A DNA stretch of 64,000 nt from a virus. Positions 20,799-32,115 of the stretch are shown one piece after another. The stretch spans positions 29,723-93,722 of the IMG/VR virus record IMGVR_UViG_3300013137_002966. The stretch is one strand, 5' to 3'. Every line of letters begins with the position of its first letter. The first letter of the stretch is position 1. The notes below the pieces were generated by a model. The model saw only the letters and a program-made list of their open reading frames with translations, was not told the DNA's origin and ran no database searches. The translations under genes were made by a program, and so were the position numbers.

Positions 20799-23261
20799 AT
20801 GAAAATTTTACTAATTTGTCCTCATTTATCAACTGGAGGGCAACCTTCTGTTGCACTAAAAAGAATAGAATCTTTAATAAAAGATAATGATGTATATTTG
20901 ATAGAATACAGACAAATCGCTTGGAGCTTTGTTGTTCAAAGAAATAAAATAATAAAATTATTAGGTGATAAATTTATTTCACTTGGAAATGTTTGGGGTG
21001 ATAATGAAGAAATTAGAGATAAATTTATAGAAATTGTTGAAAAGATTAATCCAGATATAATACATATGGAAGAAATTCCTGAAAAATTTATATTTGGAAT
21101 GCGAGAAGAGCATATTCAATGGTTATATAGAGATGCTAGAAAATATAAAATAGTTGAAACTACACATACTTCAACTTTTAATGTTAATGATAAAAAATAT
21201 TTTCCAGATAAATTTATCTTTGTATCACCTTATTCTGCTCAGGAATATAGTAAATTTGGAATACCCTATTCTGTAGTTGAATATCCTACTGAAAAATTAG
21301 AAAAAAACAAAAGTCAATCTATCAAGCATCTTAATCTGGATCCTGAATACTTTCATGTTTTAAATGTCGGATTATTTACAAGAGATAAAAATCAAGGGTA
21401 TCTTTTTGATATTGCAAAAAAATTATACGATTATAAGATACATTTTCATTTTGTTGGAAATCAGGCTGATAATTTTTCTGATTATTGGAAACCAATAATG
21501 GAAAAAAAACTGGATAACTGTTTTATTTATGGTGAACGTGAGGATGTAGAATTATTCTATCAGGCATCTGATTTATTAGTTCATCCTTCAATTTTAGAAC
21601 TTAATCCACTAGCAATAAAAGAAGCAACTTCATATGATTTACCGGTTTATTTAAACAATTTACCAACATATATCAACATGTATGATTCATATAAAAATGT
21701 TAAATATTTGAGTATGGATGTTGATAATGATGCTCAAATGATTCTTGATCATTTTAATATAAAAAGAAAGGATGATAATAAGACTTTTGGTAGTTTATTA
21801 ATAGATGAATATAAAAATGTATTAGGTGATACTAATAGATATGAACCTGAATATTTGGAGTATAATATAAATTTCACAGATGGTGCTAGAATAGAGGTTT
21901 TAGGTACAACTAAATTAAAATTTGGTGTTGAGATATTGGATAAAAATACTAATGATTTAATATACAAAACTGAGTTAGCTGCAAATACTTGGTGTGCAAC
22001 TAACGCAAAATATTATAAAGAATATAAAATCAATATTAAACATGAAAATACACTGTTATTAACACATAATTTCGATCTTAGAGATAAAGATGTCTTAATT
22101 CAATTAGATAGTAAATCAATTGGTGATACTTTAGCTTGGACACCTTATGCAGAGGAGTTCAGGAAAAAACATAATTGTAAAGTTTATCTTTCTACATTCC
22201 GAAATGATTTTTTTAGAGATCAATATAAAGATATTACATTTGTAGAACCTGGCTATAATAATCCAGATATTTATGCTAAATATACCATTGGTTGGTATCA
22301 ACCGATGGATATAAATAAAAATCCTTATGATTATAAAAAGCAACCAATGCAAAAAACTGCGAGTGATATATTGGGATTGGAATACAAAGAAATTAGACCT
22401 CAATTAAGAATTCCAGAAGGCGTAAGACCATTAAAAGAAAAATATGTTTGTATAGCACAATTTTCAACCGCAAATACTAAACATTGGCATTATCCTTGCA
22501 AAGATAGTAATAAGGGATGGCAAATATTAGTTGATTGGTTAAATGCTCAAGGATATAAAGTGATGATTATAAGTAAACAGAAAACTAATTTACAAAATGT
22601 TATTGATAAAACTGGTGACTTTCCAATCGAACATAGAATTAATGAAATTAAACACAGCGAATTTTTTATAGGTGTTGGTTCTGGCTTAAGTTGGCTCGCT
22701 TGGGCAATAGGTAAAAAGGTGGTTATGATTTCTGGTTTCTCAAATCCTATTTGCGAATTTCAAAATGATAATATCAATGTACACAATTTTAATGTATGTA
22801 ATGGTTGCTTCAATAAATATGCATTCGATAGAGGTGATTGGAATTGGTGTCCAGAACATAAGGATACAGAAAGACAATTTGAATGCTCTATCAATATAAC
22901 ACCAGAAATGGTGGTAAATAGAATTTTAAGTTCAAAATTAGTTGAGAATAAAATTCTATTTGATTTTAACAAATATAACATATCAATTAAATTAAATGGT
23001 GATGATATTAAAGTTTATTATAACAAAGAAGAAAACAAAATTTTGTTAAACTATAGTAATGAACAAGATACACCAGCAATTAACGTTGATATTAAAAATC
23101 CAGACTCAAATAAAATATATCATACATTAGCAGATTTTAAACTAAGTAAACAATATACATTATGGTGCATACCAAAAACTGAACTCCATAAAGAAACAGA
23201 TAAAATATTATTATCTTTTTACGAAAAAGATAAGATTTTGGATATGGAATTTGAATTATAA
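20799..23261 (+). CDS. GT4 domain fused to Aah/TibC-like autotransporter heptosyltransferase domain
   Basis: HLSTGG, KNQ, PSILELNP; SIGDTLAW, GVGSGLSWLAW, CNGC...WNWCP...FECS. Confidence 0.85.
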   Translation: MKILLICPHLSTGGQPSVALKRIESLIKDNDVYLIEYRQIAWSFVVQRNKIIKLLGDKFISLGNVWGDNEEIRDKFIEIVEKINPDIIHMEEIPEKFIFGMREEHIQWLYRDARKYKIVETTHTSTFNVNDKKYFPDKFIFVSPYSAQEYSKFGIPYSVVEYPTEKLEKNKSQSIKHLNLDPEYFHVLNVGLFTRDKNQGYLFDIAKKLYDYKIHFHFVGNQADNFSDYWKPIMEKKLDNCFIYGEREDVELFYQASDLLVHPSILELNPLAIKEATSYDLPVYLNNLPTYINMYDSYKNVKYLSMDVDNDAQMILDHFNIKRKDDNKTFGSLLIDEYKNVLGDTNRYEPEYLEYNINFTDGARIEVLGTTKLKFGVEILDKNTNDLIYKTELAANTWCATNAKYYKEYKINIKHENTLLLTHNFDLRDKDVLIQLDSKSIGDTLAWTPYAEEFRKKHNCKVYLSTFRNDFFRDQYKDITFVEPGYNNPDIYAKYTIGWYQPMDINKNPYDYKKQPMQKTASDILGLEYKEIRPQLRIPEGVRPLKEKYVCIAQFSTANTKHWHYPCKDSNKGWQILVDWLNAQGYKVMIISKQKTNLQNVIDKTGDFPIEHRINEIKHSEFFIGVGSGLSWLAWAIGKKVVMISGFSNPICEFQNDNINVHNFNVCNGCFNKYAFDRGDWNWCPEHKDTERQFECSINITPEMVVNRILSSKLVENKILFDFNKYNISIKLNGDDIKVYYNKEENKILLNYSNEQDTPAINVDIKNPDSNKIYHTLADFKLSKQYTLWCIPKTELHKETDKILLSFYEKDKILDMEFEL

Positions 23262-23297
23262 AATTTTATATATAATGGAAGAAAAAAACCATTGTAT

Positions 23298-25742
23298 ATG
23301 AGCTATATTAAAATTCAAAAGATAAAAAAAGAACAAGTTAAAAATCTAATTGAATTACCAGAGAAAGGTTATGTTTATTTAGGTTATGACGATACCACCG
23401 TAGGTGGAGATGGTCAAGGTCTCTGGATAATTGATGATGATGGTACAGTATTTTATGTATTAAGTGGAACTGGTTCAGCACCAACTATTACCAGCATATC
23501 TCCTGCTGGAAGTTCCTTCGTAGGTGATACAATAACAATTAACGGTACCAATTTTATTAACGGCTCTACCATAGTAACATTTGGTAGTGCATCTGGTACA
23601 ACAGTAAATGTTTTATCAACAGGTCAATTAACTGTTGTAGTACCTAATAATTTAGGATCAGTTTCAGTTGTTGTAACTACATCATATGGTGTAAGTAACT
23701 CTTCTAGCTATACAATTAATTATAGAGATATAAAACCTGTTATAGTTCCACCAATAATACCTGCAAGTGCATCTATTGGTTCTACTATAACCATAGGTGG
23801 ATACAACTTTGTACCAGGCAGTACTATCACATGGTTTAATGCTACTACTGGTGAAACAAGTGCAACAAGTTCAACAGTTTTATCAGCAGTGGTACCATCT
23901 ATGGCAACTGGATACACCATAGTATATTTAGAAACACCTTATGGTAAAAGCTCACCACCAATTGAGTATCTTGTTTCAGATAATAATCCTACATTTACTG
24001 GATTTTTTCCAACTTATGGATATATTGGTGATACAATTGCTATATCAGGAACTAACTTTAGGCAAGGACAAATACAGGTTCGATTTGGTAGTACACCAGC
24101 AACTGATATTACAGTAGTTACACCAGCATATATAACAGCAAAAATTGCAACTGGTACTCCACTCGGCGATACAAATATTAGAGTTCAAAATTTATCATTG
24201 TCTGGATTTACAATTTCAGGTTCAACTGCTGGCTTACTTCCAGCTGTTTATTCAATTTTATCAACGGGTGCCACTATTGGTCAAACAGTTACGGTAACTG
24301 GTACTAATTTTAATGGAACAGTTTCTATTTCATTTAGTAATGAAGTGGCTACTATACTTTCACAAGAATCAGCAACTCTTTCTGTATATTTAAGTAGTAA
24401 TTTAGTACCTGGTGTTAATTCTGTGGTGGTTAATAATCAATATGGTTCATCTACACCTTTTGATTATACTATCTCTCAAACAGGCTCAGGGCCAATAATA
24501 ACAAGTTTTAATCCTACTTCGGCATATAGAGGAAGACCTGTAAACTTAAACGGAAGTAATTTTAAAGTTGGAAGTGGAAATCTTGTTTATTATGGTAATG
24601 TTGCAGCTCTTGTTAGTGCTGATGCAACAACAATTCTTGTAAAAACTCAAATTGCAGCATCTTCACCAACAGGAACAGTAGATGTTAAAATTATTAACAC
24701 TTCTGGTAGTTATACTAAATCAGGATTTGTGATTACTCCATCTGGATCAACACCCACTATAACATCAGTTTCGCCTGTTTATGGTAAAGCAGGAGACACT
24801 GTTCATGTTTATGGTACAGTATTAAGTGGTAGTACAATTACATTTGGTACATCATATTCTGGCTCAGGTACAACAACTACTACAATAAGTGATACACATT
24901 TAGTAACAACTATACCTTCAGGACTTGTAAATGCAGGTCAAAATAAACTTGTAAACGTGTATGCAACTGGTACTAATGGTACATATACTTATACACCTTT
25001 CGAAATTTATTCTGCACCAACATCATATCCTAGCATTCTATCTTTTACACCAATATCAGGACCACAAGGTACATTAGTAACTATGAGTGGAACCTCATTT
25101 GCAAAGTATTTTACTGATGCCAGTATCTATATTGCAGGTTCATATTATTTATTAGATTCACAAAGTTATATTTCAGATACTGAAATAAGAGGTTATATAC
25201 CAGATACATACGGTAATTATGGTGTAGCAACAATTAAAATTGAAACTCCTGTTGGTACCGATCAACAAGCAATATTTACTATCACTGCACCTATAACTAG
25301 CACAACTACAACTACGACAGTTGCAGGTACAACAACCACTACAACTGCAGCAGGTACAACAACTACTACCACAACCGCAGCAGGTGGTACAACAACTACT
25401 ACCACAACCGCAGCAGGTGGTACAACAACAACGACAACAGCAGAACCTGGAACTACAACTACCACTACCGCACCAATAACAACAACTACAACCACAGCTG
25501 CATATTTGTATGAAGTTGAGGTTTATACTTGTCCAGCTTGTGGCGCACCAGCTGTTTATGAAATGACAGCAATATATGGAAGCTATTCTTCTGATGACTA
25601 CTATTATGTTTCAGATTCTGAAAGTCCATTATTTGGTAAGGTAATTAGAATGCTTGGCTTTGGTGGTGCTGGTGGTGATGGTCCTATTCCTGAGCCATTA
25701 ATCACACCATCTGCTGATTGCGCAACTGCTTGTATAGTATAA
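23298..25742 (+). CDS. IPT/TIG-repeat protein with Thr-rich linker (probable virion surface protein)
   Basis: About 7 PTITSxxP...G.TITI.GTNF repeats; poly-Thr tract. Confidence 0.8.
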   Translation: MSYIKIQKIKKEQVKNLIELPEKGYVYLGYDDTTVGGDGQGLWIIDDDGTVFYVLSGTGSAPTITSISPAGSSFVGDTITINGTNFINGSTIVTFGSASGTTVNVLSTGQLTVVVPNNLGSVSVVVTTSYGVSNSSSYTINYRDIKPVIVPPIIPASASIGSTITIGGYNFVPGSTITWFNATTGETSATSSTVLSAVVPSMATGYTIVYLETPYGKSSPPIEYLVSDNNPTFTGFFPTYGYIGDTIAISGTNFRQGQIQVRFGSTPATDITVVTPAYITAKIATGTPLGDTNIRVQNLSLSGFTISGSTAGLLPAVYSILSTGATIGQTVTVTGTNFNGTVSISFSNEVATILSQESATLSVYLSSNLVPGVNSVVVNNQYGSSTPFDYTISQTGSGPIITSFNPTSAYRGRPVNLNGSNFKVGSGNLVYYGNVAALVSADATTILVKTQIAASSPTGTVDVKIINTSGSYTKSGFVITPSGSTPTITSVSPVYGKAGDTVHVYGTVLSGSTITFGTSYSGSGTTTTTISDTHLVTTIPSGLVNAGQNKLVNVYATGTNGTYTYTPFEIYSAPTSYPSILSFTPISGPQGTLVTMSGTSFAKYFTDASIYIAGSYYLLDSQSYISDTEIRGYIPDTYGNYGVATIKIETPVGTDQQAIFTITAPITSTTTTTTVAGTTTTTTAAGTTTTTTTAAGGTTTTTTTAAGGTTTTTTAEPGTTTTTTAPITTTTTTAAYLYEVEVYTCPACGAPAVYEMTAIYGSYSSDDYYYVSDSESPLFGKVIRMLGFGGAGGDGPIPEPLITPSADCATACIV
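25300..25497 (+). repeat. Coding tandem repeats (TTTTTTAAGG)n
   Basis: Repeated ggtacaacaactactaccacaaccgcagca units. Confidence 0.9.
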
Positions 25743-25837
25743 ATTTATAATAAAATTTAATAAATAATGTTTTATTAATCTAATTAGTAAAACATTATTT
25801 TTTTTTATTTATATAAACAATAAAAATATATCTAAAA

Positions 25838-26788
25838 ATGAAGATAGTGTGTGCAACTTTTGATCACAATTATTATTTGTGGCAGTGTTTAGTATTAATT
25901 AATAATTTGATGAAATATGGTTATGATGAAGATGCAGTATTTATAATATCAACACAGGATCCAAGTCCAGCATTAAAAGCAATAATTAATAGTCCTCAAA
26001 TTAAATGTAAATTTTATTTATATAAAGATGAACGTAGAGGAATGAAATATCCAAGTTCATTGCGGTTACATCTTTTGAAAAAATTTTATATTGAACATCC
26101 AGAATATTCTAAGGAAACTATTTTTTTAGTGGATCCTGATATCGCATTTACTAAAAAATTAGATTTCTCTGAGATGTTAGAAGATGATTTTTGGCATGTA
26201 AGCGATACCAGACTATACATAAGTAGCCAATATATTAAAAGTAAAGGTGGTGATCAACTTTTTAATGAAATGTGTGATATTGTATGTGTTTCGCCAAAAG
26301 ATATAGAATCGATTGATGATAACGCTGGTGGTGCACAATATTTATTAAAAAATATTGATGTTAATTTTTGGCATAAAGTTTTATATGATGCTGAAAATCT
26401 TTATAATCATATGATATCTACCCTATCCATTTATAATAAAAATGGAGCTATTCAGCCTTGGACTGCCGACATGTGGTCTATTTTATGGAACGGTGTTTAC
26501 TTCAATCATAAACTAAAAATTAATAAGGATCTAGATTTTTGTTGGGCCGTTGATGATATTAAAAGATGGAAAGAAACTTATATTTTTCATAATGCAGGTA
26601 TTTCCGGTCCAAGTGATACACACTTTAGTAAAATTACGTATCAAATTTCACCCTTCAATCAGGAAATAAAAGTAAATTCAAATAATTGTACATATATGTA
26701 TGTACAAGAAATTAAAGAAACAGAGAATAATTTTAAGGATATAATTCCAATTTTTGAAGATTTAAGAAATAATACTATACCTCGTTAA
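25838..26788 (+). CDS. Glycosyltransferase resembling peptidyl-Ser/Hyp O-glycosyltransferases
   Basis: YYLWQ, DPD (DxD), GGAQY, WTADMW, FHNAG. Confidence 0.6.
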   Translation: MKIVCATFDHNYYLWQCLVLINNLMKYGYDEDAVFIISTQDPSPALKAIINSPQIKCKFYLYKDERRGMKYPSSLRLHLLKKFYIEHPEYSKETIFLVDPDIAFTKKLDFSEMLEDDFWHVSDTRLYISSQYIKSKGGDQLFNEMCDIVCVSPKDIESIDDNAGGAQYLLKNIDVNFWHKVLYDAENLYNHMISTLSIYNKNGAIQPWTADMWSILWNGVYFNHKLKINKDLDFCWAVDDIKRWKETYIFHNAGISGPSDTHFSKITYQISPFNQEIKVNSNNCTYMYVQEIKETENNFKDIIPIFEDLRNNTIPR

Positions 26789-26793
26789 TCATA

Positions 26794-27174
26794 TTATTTA
26801 TATAATAATTGAATTAATTCTTCTGTTAAAAAGGTAATCATTTTTTTACCTGGTATAACCTCAACATCAGGTATATTTTTTATAATAGAAAATTTATCGT
26901 TACCTTCTATATTTAGATTTTGAATATATTCAAATAACTTTTTATCTTTTTTATGATATTCTTTAAGTTGTTCGACAAATATTTTTAAATTAACACCCAT
27001 TTTATTATTATATTTGATGCATTGTAATTCATTTTCATCTTTCTCTATAAGAATATACCATAACTTCTTCTTATCAACTTTAACATTTTCTAAGAAGTTA
27101 TAAGCATTTCTAGCCTTTGTATTTCTTGGCATCTTAACTACTTTACCATAAAAACTCACTTTTTCGTTAGTCAT
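26794..27174 (-). CDS. Hypothetical protein, paralog of 44638..45093
   Basis: Shared KYN...FV..L..Y...GN..F.II.N pattern. Confidence 0.7.
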   Translation of the reverse strand: MTNEKVSFYGKVVKMPRNTKARNAYNFLENVKVDKKKLWYILIEKDENELQCIKYNNKMGVNLKIFVEQLKEYHKKDKKLFEYIQNLNIEGNDKFSIIKNIPDVEVIPGKKMITFLTEELIQLLYK

Positions 27175-27206
27175 TATAAATATTAATTTTAATTATATAT
27201 TAACAA

Positions 27207-28511
27207 CTAAAGGTTTCTTTTTTCTAAAAATGATTGAAGTTTATTTAAGATATTTTCATTATATTTTATTCTAATTAATGTGATATTATTATTAGCACAA
27301 AACTCTGTCTTAATTTTATCATGCGATTTTATTATTTCTAATGTTTTTTCTCCTCCGAAATACTCTATCGGTTTAAAATGCTGTAAGCCATCATATTCAA
27401 TACAAATGTTTAATTCTGGTAAAAAGAAATCAAATGGTAAATATCTTTCATTTTTACAATTTTCAAATATGTGCTGAGTACTAAAATTAATGTTATTTCT
27501 TTCTAAAAATAATCTTATTTCTTTTTCGCCTTTTGATGAATTACAGTCTAAGCATCCAACACCTCTAATATGAGCACCTGCATTTTGTTCAAATTCACCA
27601 TGTATAGGGCAAATAATTTTAACTTTTTTACTGCTATGTGTGTATTCTACTAAACTATAATCATAAAAGTTACCGTGTTTTAGTTTTGACAATTCTATAA
27701 ATTGTTCTGTGGAATATGTTCTTTTTTCATTATAACATTTTGGGCATTTGAACCCTTGTAAATGTGAATTTGCTTTTTGCTCAAATATACCATGTTTTTC
27801 ACAAATTATCTTTATTTTAGATTGACTATTTTTATAATCTGTTAAAGAATAATCATATAAATTATTGTGAATTATATTTGCTTTTTTAATAAATTCCTCC
27901 GTTGAATATTGATATTGTCCTGAGCATTTGATGCATCCTTCACCTCTTAAATGATTTGTTGGCCTTTGTTCAAAAATACCATGTTCCGGACAAATTATTT
28001 TTATTTTTTCTAGTGCTGTTTTATAATTAATTTTTGAATAATCATATTTATTATTATGAATTAAATTTGCTTTTTTTATAAATTCTTCTGTTGTATATAG
28101 AACATTATTTGCACATTTTGGACAACCTGATTTAGAATTAAGATGTCTATCTGGTCTTGTTTCAAATATTCCATGTTCTTTACAAATTACTTTTATATTA
28201 GTTTTATTATTTTTGTAATTTACTAAACTATAATCATAAATATTATTATGAATTTTGTTAGCTTTTTCTATAAATTCTGATAGTGTAGATCTTTTAACAC
28301 CTGCACATATTGGACAACCTTGACCTCTTAAATGATTGGCTGGTTCTTGTTCAAAAATGCCATGTTCTTTACAAATTATTTTAATCTTTTTTCTGGATTC
28401 CTCATATATAACCAGGGCTATTGGTGGTTACCTGCCCCTGGAGAAGGTGTACTCATATTTATTGTCATGTTTAATAATTGCCTTCTCGATGAATTTTTCT
28501 TGATTTGTCAT
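27207..28511 (-). mobile_element. Homing-type endonuclease with five Zn-binding (DUF723-like) repeats and a Vsr/PD-(D/E)xK-like domain; interrupted by in-frame TAA at codon 28
   Basis: Single frame from ATG 28511 to 27207 with FIEKA..H...YDYS...IIC..HG.FEQ...H..G.GC..C x5 and FDFFLP...IEYDG.QH; one stop at 28428-28430. Confidence 0.85.
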
Positions 28512-28603
28512 AAACTTTTATTTTATATGTATATATAAAAATATATAAGTCGAAAATGCTAAATGACTATAAATATCGCATTAAAAAAATAATAATTTAC
28601 ACA

Positions 28604-30088
28604 TTGTTAGTGGATGTAGAGTATAGGAGCAATAATTTGATCATTTCTTACATAGATAAATCTGGTCAAATTAAGTTAAAGTACAAAAATTGGCCAAGAC
28701 CCACGAAGTTTATTAAAACAAGTGATGATGATCGCGAAAAATCAGGACAATATGTAACTTGGGATGGAAGTGCTGTAAAAGAAATATACACTAAATATCC
28801 AAATAGATATTCAATTTATGATTTTATAGATAATTTGGCTGATGACGAAAAAGAAGAAATTTATAGTTATAACGAGCCTGATATATTCTTCGTTGATATT
28901 GAAAATGAGATTTTGGATAAAAAACCAGAACCTCATTTAGCTGAAAGTGCAATTCAAACAATATCTATTGTTAATAAAAATAAGATATTAGTAATTGGTA
29001 CAGAACCTTTATCACAGAATCAGATAGAATCTATAGAATCTGATATCAATTTACATTTCAAAAAATTTGAAACTAACTACGCATTTAAGTATATTCAGTA
29101 TAAAAACGAATATGATTTATTAAATAATTTCTTTAATAAATTGGTACCTAAGATGCCTGTTATTACAGGATGGAATTTTATAGAATACGACTGGGTATTT
29201 TTAGTGGCAAGAGCTAGAAAAATCGGCATTGATCCTGATGTTGCATCTTTTACTAGAAAAATGAATACTCCTTTTAATTTTAATTCAGCAGGTAAGCAAA
29301 ACTATGCTGAAATGCCAGCACATAGAGTTATAGTGGACTATATGGAATTATTTTCAAAATGGGATACCTCAGTTAAAGTAAAAGAAAGTTTATCTCTTGA
29401 TTTTGCTTCCGAAAAAATATTAGGTAAAGAAGTAAAAAAAATTAATTATGAAGGTGACTTAAAAAGACTTCATAGAGAAGATTATAAAAAATTCGTTTAT
29501 TATAACGCAGTTGACAGTTGTCTTGTTCAGAGAATTCATATAAAAATGAAATATATTGATATTCTGTATAGTATGGCAGTCTTAGGTAAAATTAAAATTA
29601 AAGATGCAATATCAACTCTTGCACTAACTGAAGGTATATTAAGAGAAAAATTAAGAGATCAAAAAAATATTGTTCTTGTTAGAGATGAACAAAGTGATGA
29701 ATATGGTGAAGGCGGTGGTTCATCAATTAAAGGTGGATGGGTTAAGGAACCAGTGAGAGGAATGGCAACCTGGACCTGTTGTTTTGATTTTGCTTCTCTT
29801 TATCCTACAACCATGCGTCAATTTAATATTTCAGCGGATTCATATAAAGGACAGAAAGTTAAAGGAAAAAACTATTCCATTTTTAATGGACATCAAATAC
29901 CGATAGAAGATGATGATATAGTGACTTTGAATGATTCTGTATTTCGGAAGGAGCAGGGAGTTGTGACACAAGTAATGGGTGAGGTTTATGCAGATAGAAA
30001 GAAATGGAAAAAAGTAATGATGCAAAAACATGAAGAACTTGAAAAATTGAAAGAAGAGTTAAAAAAATTAGAAGATACTCCTTTGTGA
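28604..30088 (+). CDS. polB: Family B DNA polymerase, N-terminal half (exonuclease plus motif A)
   Basis: VDIE, TGWNFIEYD, YNAVD, FDFASLYP; ends in the fingers helix with no KxxxNSxYG or DTDS; likely TTG start. Confidence 0.9.
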   Translation: MLVDVEYRSNNLIISYIDKSGQIKLKYKNWPRPTKFIKTSDDDREKSGQYVTWDGSAVKEIYTKYPNRYSIYDFIDNLADDEKEEIYSYNEPDIFFVDIENEILDKKPEPHLAESAIQTISIVNKNKILVIGTEPLSQNQIESIESDINLHFKKFETNYAFKYIQYKNEYDLLNNFFNKLVPKMPVITGWNFIEYDWVFLVARARKIGIDPDVASFTRKMNTPFNFNSAGKQNYAEMPAHRVIVDYMELFSKWDTSVKVKESLSLDFASEKILGKEVKKINYEGDLKRLHREDYKKFVYYNAVDSCLVQRIHIKMKYIDILYSMAVLGKIKIKDAISTLALTEGILREKLRDQKNIVLVRDEQSDEYGEGGGSSIKGGWVKEPVRGMATWTCCFDFASLYPTTMRQFNISADSYKGQKVKGKNYSIFNGHQIPIEDDDIVTLNDSVFRKEQGVVTQVMGEVYADRKKWKKVMMQKHEELEKLKEELKKLEDTPL

Positions 30089-30113
30089 AAAGTGGTAAAA
30101 TTACCACTTTTTT
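30088..30113 (+). terminator. Intrinsic terminator
   Basis: aaaagtggtaa-aa-ttaccactttt followed by T tract. Confidence 0.75.
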
Positions 30114-30140
30114 TATTTATATATAAATTAAAAATTTGTT

Positions 30141-31784
30141 ATGATTTTGTCTAAGTTTGTTAATATTAAAATTTCAAATAATCAAATTAAATATTATAGG
30201 GATAAGGGTTATAATGTAAATGACGATAATGAAGTATTATCAGTAAAGGTGTCTGATTTACCGACAGGATCTGGCGTAAAAATAAAAGCAAAGTGTGATA
30301 TTTGTGGAAATGAAACAGAAATCTCATTAAATAGATATTATTTAAATACTAAGAACTTGTCTACCTATTATGCTTGTAGTAGAAAATGCTCAGAAGAAAA
30401 AAATAAGTCTACTGTATTAAGTAAGTATGGTGTTAATAATGTATCAAATTCTGAAATAATAAAGGATAAAAAGATAGAAACTTGTTTAAAAAATTTTGGT
30501 GTAGAATATCCTCAACAATCTAAAGAAGTTTTTGAAAAAGGTAAAAAGACTAAGTTAGAAAAATATGGTGATGAAAATTATACAAATATTGAAAAATCTA
30601 AAATTACAAATTTAGAAAGGTATGGTGTAGAGTATCCAAGTCAGAATATTGAAATTTCTCGTAAAATGAAAGAGAATCAATTTCTGAGTTTTAAAAATTC
30701 TTTTGATAAGGGTTTATATAAGTCTGAAATAATAAAAAAATATAAAAATATTTTTATTGGTTATAAGTCAAATGGACAGTATGAATTTAAGTGTGATTGT
30801 GGTCAAGATCATAATTTTACTATTGATTATAAATTATTTTGGAATAGAATTAAAGCAAATAGTATATTATGTACAGAGTGTAATGAAATATCAAAAAATG
30901 TTAGTGGATTAGAGATACAATTGGTTAATTTTATATTAGAGAATTATAAGGGTGAAATTAAATTGAATAATAAGGATATAATTTCTCCTTATGAGTTGGA
31001 TATTTATTTACCTGATTTAAAATTAGCATTTGAATTTAATGGATTATTTTGGCATAACGAATTAAATAAAGAAAATAATTATCATTTAAATAAAACTGAA
31101 GAATGTGAGAAACAGGAAATACAATTAATTCATATTTACGAAGATGATTGGATATATAAACAAGATATAGTTAAATCTATAATTTTAAATAAAATTGGTT
31201 TAATATCAACAAAAATTTTTGCTAGAAATTGTGATATTAAAAATAACATTAATATTAAAGATGTTAAAAATTTTCTTGAAAAAAATCATATTGAAGGATA
31301 TATAAATTCTAAAATTAAAATTGGTTTATTTTATGATAATGAATTAGTTAGCTTGATGACATTTGGTAGTCGTAGAATTGCTATGGGTAAAAAGTCAACT
31401 AAAGAAAATGAATATGAATTGTTGAGATTTTGTAATAAATTGAATACTAATATTGTAGGAGGTGCAAGTAAATTGTTTAATTATTTTATTAAAAATTATA
31501 ATCCTTCAATAATAATTACATATGCTGATAGAAGTTTTAGTAAAGGTAATTTGTATAACAAATTAGGTTTTGAATTTGTTGAAAAGACTCAACCAAATTA
31601 TTATTATATAATTGATGGTATTAGAAAATATAGATTTAATTTTAGAAAAGATAAATTAATGAAAGAAGGTTATGATTCTAATAAAACTGAGCATCAAATA
31701 ATGCTGGAAAGAAAAATTTATAGAATTTATAATTCTGGTAATTTAAAATTTACATATAAAAATAAACAAAAATATGAAACTTGA
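30141..31784 (+). mobile_element. Hef-like homing endonuclease
   Basis: Zn ribbons, KYGVEYP.Q repeats, ELDIYLP...AFEFNG.FWH, C-terminal ELLRFC...GGASKL...YADR. Confidence 0.8.
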
Positions 31785-32115
31785 TAAGGATGAATATGAT
31801 TTAATCTATAAAAAGTTAGAATATAGATTTAAAAATTCTGGTAATGAACTTGTAAATAAAATTAAAAATCATGAAGATTTATCGGAGGATGATATTAAAT
31901 TACTTTTGAAAAAATTTGAATATACTTTTAGAAAAAGTAATCACGAAATCATAGGTAAGTTAGCAAAGAATATTGGTTTAGAAAATTATGCTCAGATTAA
32001 ATTTTCTAATATTAAAGCTAAACAACAGAAAGATATTAGAGATGAGGAAATTAAAAAATTAAAACATATAGAATCTTTTGACATATATAATAATAAAAAA
32101 AATTATGGAAATTAA
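31774..32115 (+). CDS. Hypothetical protein
   Basis: ORF with internal repeat KKLEYRF/KKFEYTF. Confidence 0.6.
   Translation: MKLDKDEYDLIYKKLEYRFKNSGNELVNKIKNHEDLSEDDIKLLLKKFEYTFRKSNHEIIGKLAKNIGLENYAQIKFSNIKAKQQKDIRDEEIKKLKHIESFDIYNNKKNYGN

Noticed and set aside
19899-20799. Group I intron around the GIY-YIG gene
   Set aside because: Flanks are short and AT-rich with no recognisable P7 core, and the downstream gene has its own complete start
25300-25497. CRISPR-like repeat array
   Set aside because: Coding Thr/Ala/Gly repeats without unique spacers; the same applies to the AQ tract near 44330-44380
28400-28495. Hammerhead ribozyme in the structured insert
   Set aside because: No CUGANGA...GAAA core on either strand
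27160-28511. MTNQEK vs MTNEK starts as a second 5'-duplication event
   Set aside because: Similarity too short, and the upstream copy is part of the endonuclease repeat
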